Assembly: GCA_964016885.1 (NCBI GenBank)
Contig: OZ024742.1
Coordinates: forward strand, 64,170,001-64,234,000
Source: Eledone cirrhosa
Taxonomy: Eukaryota
Length of the DNA stretch: 64,000 nucleotides
Direction: 5' to 3'
Position numbers and translations under genes: made by a program. The first letter of the stretch is position 1. Every line of letters starts with the position of its first letter. Positions 53,334-64,000 of the stretch are shown in pieces. The notes below the pieces were generated by a model that saw nothing but the letters and a program-made list of their open reading frames with translations, was not told the DNA's origin and ran no database searches.

Positions 53334-53455
53334 AATAATGACATTAAGTATGTTTGTCTTAAATATAATGAAAATAATTATAAAATAAAGTGAAAATATA
53401 TGAGGCTTGTTAATGGCCATTGCAGTTGTTGGAATATCAGTAAACTGACAACTGT

Positions 53456-53668
53456 TTAACTCTTTAGTATTTAAACCAGCTGTATACAACCAGAATTCTC
53501 TCACATCTTTCTGTTCAAACCGGCCATAACTAGTCACTCATACTGATGTTAAGGTATTGTTCTCAAAATAAATATCAAAATCTCATAGATTCGATATTAT
53601 GTGAGATGAAGCCTTTACTGTGAAAATGCAATAGTATATAGAGAGTAATGTAAATGCTAAAGGGTTAA
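53456..53668. mobile_element. piggyBac-type MITE
   Basis: TTAA-CTCTTTAGTATTT ... AAATGCTAAAGGG-TTAA termini. Confidence 0.65.
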
Positions 53669-55882
53669 AGTAAACATTAATATTGATTTCAAATTTGGAA
53701 AGAAGGGTAAAGTTGATTAAATCAACCACAGTACTTGATTGGTACTTTATTTTATCAACCATGGAACAAAGAAAGTCAAAGTGGACCCTGACAGGATTTG
53801 AACTCAAAATGTAAAGAGCCAGAACAAATGCTACAATGGCATTTTATCTGACATTCTACCAATCCACCACCCTAAGTAAAAATAAATATTACTGGCTTCT
53901 CCATGTTACACCATCATTCACTATAGCTCTCCGTGTCACACAACCAGTTGCTATATTTATCCTCACACCACAGGTCACTATATTTGTCCCATGTCACACT
54001 ACCAATCACTATATCTGTCCCATGTCACACAACTGTTCATTAAATTGCCCTCATGTCACACTGTCAGTTACCTGATCTTGCCTATATCACACCACTGTTT
54101 ACTATATCTTCCTCAATTACAATCTCTCCCATGTCACATTACCAATCAGTATTTCTCCATCGAGATTCAATGATGCCCAATACTCAAAAAAATCATTAAA
54201 TATCTTGAGATATTTGTTCTGGCTTTCTGGATTCAAATATCCCCAAGGTCAACTTTGCCTTACATACCTTCAGGGTCGATAAATCAAGTACTAGTCCAGG
54301 GAAAGTGAATTAGCAGAATCGTTAGAATGTTGGACAAGATGCTTTGTGTTATCAGTTCATTTTGAGTTCTATGTCCTATCTCCCAAACCTCCAGTGATAA
54401 ATGCTACGAGTACCTCAGAATTGATGAGAATGCTGTGTACATTAATTCTATCCGTAAAGCCAGAGTGATCAAGGAATAAAGGAAAAGTAGTTCAGCAAGC
54501 TTTAGAAGTTATGGAGGTCAGTGCTGTCCACATTCAATAAGACCATATCCTATAATGTTCTTGCATTGTCAGAGTTGTTGACAATCATTTAATGTCCATC
54601 CTCCTTGCTAGCAGGATTGGACAGATCTTCAAGGACCAAGTCAGTATTCAAGCAGAACTACTGATCTCTTAGGTAGGCTGCATCACGCTTACATACATTC
54701 CTGCACTCTACCAAGTGCATTTTATCATGACATCAGCATTAGAGAAGTTATAAGAGCATATTCCAGTGCCAGAGCTGGTACCAACATTTTAGATTTTTCA
54801 TTGGACACATGATGAGATCCCTAACTTGGACATAAAGAACAAGAAGATACTATCTCCCACTGGTAACTTGCACATCAACAGTGACTCTCGCAGAATCTAG
54901 ATAGATGAATGGTGGCCGAGACATAAGATCAGTCTAAACAGCCTTTCAGTGTCATATCTTATCACTCAGATAACACCTGCTGAACAGCAAAGAGAGAAAT
55001 GGGTAAATCATATATGTAATCACCAGTGGAATAATGATTTCTAACATTGACATAAGACAAGCAATTTGGGGGCAAAGGAAATACAATTATATCAACACCA
55101 TTACTTAATTGGTACTTCATTTTATTGACTCTAGAAGGATGGAAAGTAAAGTTGACCATGATGGGATTTAACTCAGAATGTAGAAAGTGGTAACTAAATA
55201 CCACAAAGCATTTTGTTCAATGCTCTAACTCTGTCAATCCACTGCCTTTCAGCAGTGAAATAATAACATTTTGAGAGTAGGTAAAGAACTCTTAAATAGG
55301 TACTTTGAAAATGAAATTAAGGTGAAGACTTAGTAATTGTAGCTCTGAACCAGATAAGTCTGTGACACATGGTTCAGCACTGTCATGGTTGTTATTATCT
55401 CTGTGATTTGGTGTTGGCTATGGTAATTTTCTGAGCTGGTCAGTAAGCAGAATTAGTGTGGTAGTCATTTTTATTCCATCAGAATTTGTGCTTGAAATAT
55501 CTCTCATCTTGGATGATTTAATTGAGATAACATTGGTTGATTATATCATGTAACTGTGGTAAAGAAATGTCTGGAAGTAGTTCAAGTTTTGATCTTAGAT
55601 CAGAGATTATTCTATGTTGGTTGACTTATGTGTGGAGTTCTCTTAGAAGTTTCTTAATGGTGAAATTATAAGAGAATTTAAATCTAAGTGAAACATATGT
55701 GATTGGGATGATAGAATTTATTCTAGCAGAAAATTTTAGCTTGTTTCTCCCATGGAATAGGCTCAACATGACAGTAAATTGAGCCTAGCTCAGTAGTGAT
55801 GAGAACAGAGTAGTAGAGTTCCTATAAAGCATTAAGGGGGACATAGTTAAAATTGTTTTTAATTATACATGTCACATGTATG

Positions 55883-55914
<32 letters not shown>

Positions 55915-56167
55915 TATATGTATATAGCCAGTGCCTATCATATGTTTATGTATGTATGTATGTATATATATAAATTAAAAATCGATTGACATATATATAT
56001 AAAATAAACACATAAAACAATTACAGGGGATAATTTATAAAGAGTGTAAACACATATAGTTAAGTGGGTAACATTAAAAATTAATGAGAACCTTGCAATA
56101 ATGATTAATTTCCTTTGTATATATTTTATTAAAGAAATATATGTTTGATGTGTTTTTTATATATATA

Positions 56168-56928
56168 TCATCATCATTTAACGTCTATCTTCCACGCTAG
56201 CATGGGTTTAGATGGGAATTGTCCCACTTGAGGCAAGATTGGTTGTCTTGCTCATATAGGACTGTCTGGAAGGTTTTCTACGGCTGGATGCCCTTCCTAA
56301 CACCAACCACATTTACAGTGTGGACTGGAAGGTTTTTACCGTGTTACCTACACGGCAACATTACAGCGTGGACTGTGTTTTTTTTGTCGTGACACCTACA
56401 CGACCTCATTTATTTAGGACTGGATGTTGTGGTACCAACATAACTTTACAGAGAAAGAGGTAGTGTTGATAGGGGTGGGGTAATATATTTGATTAAGAGG
56501 TGCCTACTGACTGTAGGTTTCGCTTTGTACATAGGCAAGGCAGGTCTTCTGCATTACTGCATAGCACCAAAGATCTCGGTCCAGTGACATTGTCATGGAG
56601 AGGTGTAAGTGTGTAAGGTCGGAATTTATCAAATCGTCCCAGGTTTTTCTGGGTCTGCCTACTCCGTAACATCCATCAATTTTGATCACCCTGCACTTTT
56701 TTATACAGCTGTCGTCTTTCATGCGCATCACGTGACCATACCAATGTAGTCTTCTCTTGAGTAAACAGCATCTGATACCTCTTATTCCAAATTTCTCACT
56801 TAGTTCATTTATGCTTTGCCGTTCACGTATATTACTATTACACATCCAACAGAGCATGCAAGCTTTGTTCCTCTGCACACAATGCCCATGTCTCACTGCC
56901 ATTCGTATGCAGGCATCATACAGTCTGC
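56168..56928 (-). mobile_element. Degenerate RTE LINE 3' fragment
   Basis: Homologous to 57970-58788 with deletions. Confidence 0.9.
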
Positions 56929-57117
56929 CATATATATGTCAATCGATTTTTAATTTAATGCTAAGAAATGCTTGGATTTATTCCTTAGAATCTTTGAGCT
57001 TATTCTACAGGTGGTATGGCGCATGTTTCTCAGACATGACCTCCTTAATTTAATTTTATATATATATATATGGCAAGTACATGTCATATGTACTTGTATG
57101 TATGTGTATCATCAATC

Positions 57118-57442
57118 ATTATTTTGCGTCCCCTTTTCCCTGCTTGCAAGGGTGGGACGGGAACTGATTCTGGCTTTATTTCTACAGCTGGATGCCCTTC
57201 CTAACACCAACCTCATTTACAGTGAGTGCTGGGTGCTTTTTTGCCATGGCACCTCCACGACCACTTTGCAGTGGAATGAAAGGGACACCAGTCCTATCAT
57301 CTCATTTCTACAGCTGAGTAAACTGGAGCAATGTGAAATAAAGTGTCTTGCTCAAGGAAACAACACATCACCCGGTCTGAGATTGAACTCACAACCTTTC
57401 GATTGCAAGCCCAATGCTCTCACCACTAAGCCATGTGCCTCC
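57118..57442 (-). mobile_element. SINE family B with RTE tail
   Basis: Close reverse-complement match to 12988-13315. Confidence 0.88.
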
Positions 57443-57481
57443 ATTTCATGTATATATAAATATATATATATACATATATAG

Positions 57482-58788
57482 AGAGAAGAAATTCCAAACA
57501 TGGAAGCACGGCCTAGAATCAAAAGGCCTTAAAATTAACCTGGCTTAGACTAAAGTTCTAGTTTGTAGGAAAGAAAATAAGGCGGTGGTCCCATCTGGGA
57601 AATGGCCATGCTCAGTGTGTAGGAAAGGCGTAGGTAGAAACTCCATTTTATGTCCCAAATGCAAAGTATGGGTGCATAAAAGATGTAGTGGGATCACAGG
57701 TAAGCTAACTAAGAACATAGATTTTACATGTGGCCGGTGCTCTGGTGCAATAAGTAGCAGCAAGTGCCCACAAAATACTAGCTCCTTCAACTGCGCAGAG
57801 GGTTCTATAGAAATAGTGGACAGCTTCCGTTATCTGGGTGACAAAATCAGCAGTGGGGGAGGGTGCTCTGAAAGTACAGTAGCTAGAGTCAGAACTGGAT
57901 GGAAAAAGTTCAGAGAGCTTATACCACTATTAGCCGCTAGAGGGTTCTCCCTAAAAATGAAAGGCAGGTTATACGATGCCTGCATACGAACAGCAATGCT
58001 GCATGGCAGTGAGACCTGGGCATTGTGTGCAGAGGATATACGCAGACTAGAGAGGAACGAAGCTTGCATGCTCCGCTGGATGTGCAATAGTAATATACGT
58101 GAACGGCAAAGCATAAACGAACTAAGGAAAAAATTAGAAATAAGAGGGATCAGATGTTGTTTACTCGAGAGAAGGCTACGTTGGTATGGTCACGTGATGC
58201 AAATGAAAGTCGATAGCTGTATAACAAAGTGCAGGGCAATAAAGATAGACGGTAGCCACGGAGTAGGCAGACCCAGAAAAACATGGGACGAGCTGATAAA
58301 TTCCGACCTCACACGCTTACACCTCTCCAAGACAATGTCACTGGACCGAGACCTTTGGCGGTACTCAGTAATAGAGAAGACCCGCCTTACCTAAATACAA
58401 AGTAAAAACCTACTACAGTCAGTAGGCATCTCTATCAAAACACACCCCCATCCCACCACCTCCACCCCACCCACACCGCCCCTTTCAATGTAAAGTTATG
58501 TTGGTCCCACAACATCCAGGCCGAAACAAATGAGATCGTGTAGGTGTCACGACAAAAAACACACAGTCCACGCTGTAAATGTGGCCGTGTAGGCAACACG
58601 GTAAAAACCTCCCAGCCCCACACTGTAAATGTGGTTGGTGTTAGGAAGGGCATCCAGCTGTAGAAAACCCGCCAGACAGTCCTATGCGAGCAAGACAACC
58701 ACTCTTGCCTCAAGTGGGAAAACCCCCGTCCAAGCCCATGCAAGCGTGGAACACGGACGCTAAACCTGATGATGATGATGATGATGAT
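57482..58788 (+). mobile_element. 5'-truncated RTE LINE (same family as 39851-41391), complete 3' UTR
   Basis: ORF 57585-58394 nearly identical in protein; in-frame TAG at ~57546; (GAT)n tail. Confidence 0.95.
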
Positions 58789-59097
58789 GGCAAGTGCATG
58801 CCATATATATGTATGTAAGTATATATATAAAGAGACATAAACTAGTGTTGATGCCATGATAAAATACACTCTGTAAACACTGTAAAGAGGTTGGTATTAA
58901 GAAGGGCATGCTAAAAATCGAACATACAAGTGAGACATGATCTATCTAAATATCAGACTATGACAACCCTTACAGCATAGATGATGGACAGATGATGATG
59001 AGGAGTACAATGTAAGACAGAAATATGAGAGTGAAAATAGAAATAAAATGAAGTTTATACTTTTATATAAGGTAAAATTAAGATAGATACTACTAAC

Positions 59098-59235
59098 TTT
59101 GAATTAGAAGCCTTAACTGTTAAAAGAATGAAGTGTGAAATGCAAACACTTTCAAGTATTCCACTGTATACAGAGGAATAGAATTGTTTACACTTCATAT
59201 TTCATTCTTTTAACAGCTAAGACTTCTAATACAAA
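59098..59235. repeat. Degenerate palindrome centred ~59168
   Basis: ctgttaaaagaatgaa / ttcattcttttaacag; tattcc.ctgtatacag.ggaata centre. Confidence 0.75.
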
Positions 59236-60586
59236 ATCAATAGTTACATCTTCTTTAAGTTTATCCTAAACCTTAACACACACATTATCATCACCACTGT
59301 TTTGTACCTACATTCCATGTTTGTATGGGTTAGATGGGTTGCCATGGCATGGTTACTATGGCTGGATACCTTTTCTAATGCCAACCACTTCACAGCATGT
59401 ATTGGGTTTGTTTTATCATAGAACCACTACCACTTTACAGTGTGGACTGGGTGCATTTTATCATGGCATAAGCACTATCATTTTACACACACACACACAC
59501 ACAGTATCAGCTGAAAATGCATACAATTACCTAACACATACAGACATATACATCATTACCTCATCAGCCACTTTGATGGCAGTCTAGTTTCATGCATTAA
59601 GGTGATACTGCACTTATAATACCAGTTTATACAATAGAATGGATCCACATCTGGCGGTGTGATACATGTCAGAAGATAAATCAAAGAGAAGACAGGAAAA
59701 ATTTACGGATGTCTTTCAACCAAAGGGGATACATCATCCTCACTGTTTAACATCCATTTTCCATGCTAGCAAGGGTTAGATGAGTTGAGACAAGCCAGAT
59801 CAAATGACTGTCTTGATCATACAGAACTGATTTTGGCTTGGTGTCTACAACTGGATGCCCTTCCTAATGCCAATAACATATATACATGAAAATTTACAAA
59901 TAGAATTGAATAGACAATATATATACAGAAAAACAAATTCTACACACATTTTTAAATAGTAACACAAATTTATTATATAAACTTTTTTTTTTTTGTCGGC
60001 ATAATACACAAGATAGTTGAAATGTTATCTGAGCAGTGTTGCTAAGTGTGTGTGTGTGTGTGTGCACTTTACTGTTGCATCAGCTGGCCTGTGTGTGCAC
60101 TTTGCTGTTGCATCAGATGAACAGTGAATAGAGATCTAACGATTATTGCACTTATTGTATCTAATGGCATATTTTGGCAAAATTTAACTGTGCGATGTTC
60201 TCCCATCACTACTAAAGTAAATAATCAAAGAAAAACCTCTGTGTATGTATGTGTGAGTGTGCATGTATGTATGTGCAAATGTATATATATTTGTGTGGGG
60301 GATGCATACAGGATTGCTGAAAATAATGTATACGCCTCTTTACTGTATTTTATGCTAGAAAATAATTTAAATTAAATTGTAAAAATGGTCCGAGGTAAAG
60401 GTTTGAAATTATCCCTCAAACATGAAATAAAATTAGTGCTTGCAGAATAACTTAGATTAATTTATATTATCATCCTACAGCATGGTCACAGTCAAATTGA
60501 AGGAAACCAGTAAAAGAGTAATACTATAAAGAGTGGATAGTTGTTTTTTCGAGATAACCTGCATTTCAGTGTAAGAGTATATATAT

Positions 60587-60666
60587 ACAGGGTGTCCCAA
60601 AAATATACATACACACTTCAACAGCATTCTAATAAATATGTGTATTCAATTTTTGGAACACTCTGT
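60587..60666. mobile_element. Tiny Tc1/mariner-type MITE
   Basis: TA-CAGGGTGTCCCAAAAAT ... ATTTTTGGAACACTCTG-TA. Confidence 0.7.
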
Positions 60667-60679
60667 ATTTATGTATGTA

Positions 60680-60715
<36 letters not shown>

Positions 60716-60723
60716 CACACACA

Positions 60724-61030
60724 CAAAGGGCGGAAGAACTCATAAGAGTCAACGGCCATCCGAAAGTGTGTAAATATGTATATATACACATGTACCGCGC
60801 AGTTAAACCACTGGGAGTGAAGGACTCCTAGTCTTTGTCAGGGCATTCTTCTAGAAGGCAACTCAGGAAACTGGGATAACTCCAACATAAAACCTGCGGC
60901 TCAGTAGTTACCAATGATGTTGATCTTTTCTTTTCGGGTTATAGCTACTGTCGCTCAGAGAGTGGGATTGGCTCAGTGCAGTCTTTCCTCACTTTAAAAA
61001 ATATCTTCAGGCACAGGCATTACACGATAT
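60724..61030 (+). mobile_element. Dispersed repeat related to 7301-7820
   Basis: Shared sequence blocks in the same order. Confidence 0.55.
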
Positions 61031-61094
61031 ACCATTATTAATAATTATTAATTAATTCTATCGTGCAATGGCCATACTCGATAACGAGGGGGCA

Positions 61095-61129
<35 letters not shown>

Positions 61130-62309
61130 CTCATACTGTTTTTGTTTTTGTGTTGAAGAGTGATGGAAGTAGAAAAAAGGTAACAAATAATACTAAAAAA
61201 GAAACCGTTTGGAAGACTGAAGATAGAAACTGTAGAAGACAGAGGGGAGAGAAAAATAGGATGAAGGAGGGGTAAAGTGAGCTGGATACAAAGATAGAGG
61301 AAGGGACGGAAAAGGGAGAAGGATGACAGAGGCGTGCAGAAGAGGTGTTGGTGATGCAGGGAGGGAGGCGTATTGGGGCGAGAAAAAGAGAAGGAATAAG
61401 AAAAAAATGGCATAAATGAGTTAATCTCTAGAAATAATAAATATAGGTGTCTTGTAAATCATTAAACTGGAGATATGAAAATATTGATCAGAACTGAATT
61501 ATTAACCATTTTCTTAGCAACCAGCATGACACCACCTCTTCTTTCTCTCAATTAGTTATTATGTAAGAACCTTTGTTAAGCTATGTTCCAAACACCAACT
61601 TAATATACCAAAAATGAAAGAAAAGGTAGTTATTTTAATAAACAACTCCAATTTCTGAACAGAGAGAGAAAAAAAAAAGGGATGGTGGCAAGATAAACAT
61701 TTAAAGTGAAGAGGAAAGGAGGGGCAAACTCTACACCCTTGACTAGGCAGTATATTTCAGTGGTGTCCCATGGACAAGATTATTTTCAAAATTGAAAAAC
61801 AAATTTTGACAGTATACACTACATTTCTCTCTTTCTCCCTTTATCTATCTCTGTATCTCTCCTCTATCTCCTTCTCTCACACATACAAGTTTCTTTCATT
61901 AACCCTTTTAATATCAAACCACTTGAAACCACCTATGATTCTATGATACAAAATTGCTTATTATAAAGTGTTTGTATTTATCTGAAACCTTCAATCATAA
62001 TGTTTAACCTTTGTTAAGTTATGTTCCTAACACCAGCTTAATAATGAGAAAATAAGTTAGTTATATTATTTTCAAAAAGATTTTAAAATTATAGGCAGTG
62101 TCTTTTATCAGAAATATAGTAATGAAAGTGTTAAACTTAAATGGCTGGTACAACATATAGGTGTGACTAAGAGTTTCCATGAGGTGGTTAAACAATTTAA
62201 CATGAGGAACCAGATTAGAAAGGAATAACTTTGATTGTTGAGAGGGAGAGAGATGAAATGGGATGGATACACACACATATATATATATGGAACTTCTGGA
62301 ACTCTCACA

Positions 62310-63637
62310 GTCTAATCTGGCCCTCGCAATTTGGATATATCCCTAACTCCAGCTGTTGTGATTAACTTATCGAGTTTACTGATGGCAGTTCATGGGTGGA
62401 TGTTGTTTACCTTGACTTTGCTGAAGTGTTCAATTCTGTGCCACACAAAACACTTATGGCAAAACTCTCTGCAATGGGTGTGAAGGATGATCTTTTTAAC
62501 TGGTTGAAGTCCTTTATTGTCAGTGGAAGAGAGGTAGTCACGGTTCTAGGACAGCATTCCTCACCATATGAGATGTCATCTAGAGTACCACAGGGGTCTG
62601 TTCTTGGCCCCCTTTTGTTTGTGGCATATATTAATGACAGATGCCAACTTAAGGAATGCCACAGTACTGAAATATGCAGATGACATCAAGCTGTACTTTG
62701 AGATAAAAAGGACAGATTCTGAACACTATAGATCTTGCCTGCAATCTGACCTGGACACAATGCAACAATGGATCACGAACTGGCAACTCAAGCTGACTGT
62801 GGACAAGTGTACCACCATGCATTTTGGGAGTAAAAACCCAGCGTCCACATACTCCCTCCACAACACTAATATCAAGAAATCTTCTTGTAAACGTGACCTG
62901 GGCATTACTGTCAGCAGCAGTGATTTGCGTTGGACGGAGCACGTCTCTAAAATTGTCAAGAAGGCCGAGGGTGTCTAGGCATCACTCAGCAAGACCTTTG
63001 TCAGCTATCTATTTAAAGCTGTATATAGCTATGGTGCGGCCACACTTAGAATTTGCATCACCAGTCTGGAACCCCTATCTTGTTCAGAACATTGACCACC
63101 TGGAAACTGTTCAGGGACATGGAACCAAGTGAATGCCCTCCATCAGGCATCTACCATACTCTGAACGCCTTGTTTCCCTGGGCATGGATACATTGAAGCA
63201 CCGACGTCTGGCAACTGACTTGGTAAACAGCCACAGAATTATTAACCATCTTGCCAACAACAACCCTGAGTACCTTTTTGATTTCCATGTGTCTAACACA
63301 CGTGGGCATGCCAACGAAGTCAGAAAACAGCACAGCTCCCATGACTTTCGGAAACATTTTTTCATGCTCAGAGTTGCTGAAGCATGGAACAAACTACCTG
63401 CATCAGTTGTTAGCTGTCGAGACACTGCATCCTTTAAAACCTCCATGCTTCCTGAGTTTCACCAACACTACACCTAATATTCCCCCTCCATACACACGCA
63501 CATATGTATATCATGACTCATACACTATTCACTTTCTTGACATTTGTATATTATTCTATGTACTATACATGCACCTTTGATGAGTTGTAGTGCACCTGAG
63601 CACTGTACACAATAATTTCATTATTATTTTATTATTA
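62310..63637 (+). mobile_element. CR1-type LINE, 5'-truncated and frameshifted
   Basis: VDVVYLDFAEVFNSVPH, VPQGSVLGPLLF, YADD; same family as the triplicated copies; 3' UTR ends TTCATTATTATT. Confidence 0.93.
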
Positions 63638-63659
63638 TATAGATACACACACATATATA

Positions 63660-63952
63660 TATATTGTTATACTTTGGGAGAGTCATGCTGCCAATAAAAA
63701 CACATGCACCAGTTGGTTTTCACTTCAATTTATTATAAACTTCCAGCTCACAAAAACAAGATGACATAGGACAGAACAATGGGCACACACAAAATAACAA
63801 AGGTCAGAGAATGTGTGACTTCAGGATCTTTGACAACAAACAACCATCTGGTTATTAAAGTAACCAACTAGAAGTTTATAATAAATTGAATTAAAAACCA
63901 ATAGGTGTGTGTATTTCTATTGGCAGCCTGACCTCCCAAAGTATAACAATAT
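63660..63952. repeat. Degenerate inverted repeat adjacent to a TA tract
   Basis: atattgttatactttgggag / ctcccaaagtataacaatat; ttcaatttattataaacttc / gaagtttataataaattgaa. Confidence 0.8.
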
Positions 63953-64000
63953 CTGTTTCAACACATTTTCAGATAAGAAATATTGCAAAACAAATACAAA

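Overview
AT-rich, repeat-dominated eukaryotic DNA. The microsatellite, SINE and LINE spectrum suggests a mollusc, most likely a cephalopod such as Octopus (inference). Only one credible host coding exon is present: a 128-aa ORF at 50504-50890 behind a splice acceptor. The rest is (TA)n, (CA)n, (CAA/CAC)n and CT tracts, three large minisatellites (~34-38, 39 and 24 bp units), fragments of RTE, CR1, Tx1/L1 and CRE non-LTR retrotransposons, two tRNA-derived SINE families, a mariner relic, small MITEs and a Helitron 3' end. A 2651-bp [CR1 fragment + minisatellite] unit is triplicated. The most striking signal is not in the ORF track: many non-coding fold-back (palindromic) elements, mostly in or beside (TA)n tracts, carry minimal type I hammerhead ribozyme motifs from several unrelated sequence families. 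Two of them have the compensatory U3-A8 core variant, and one family shows stem II covariation. This matches the pseudo-LTRs of Penelope-like elements or retrozyme-like derivatives. All alignments and folds were done by eye, so boundaries are approximate.
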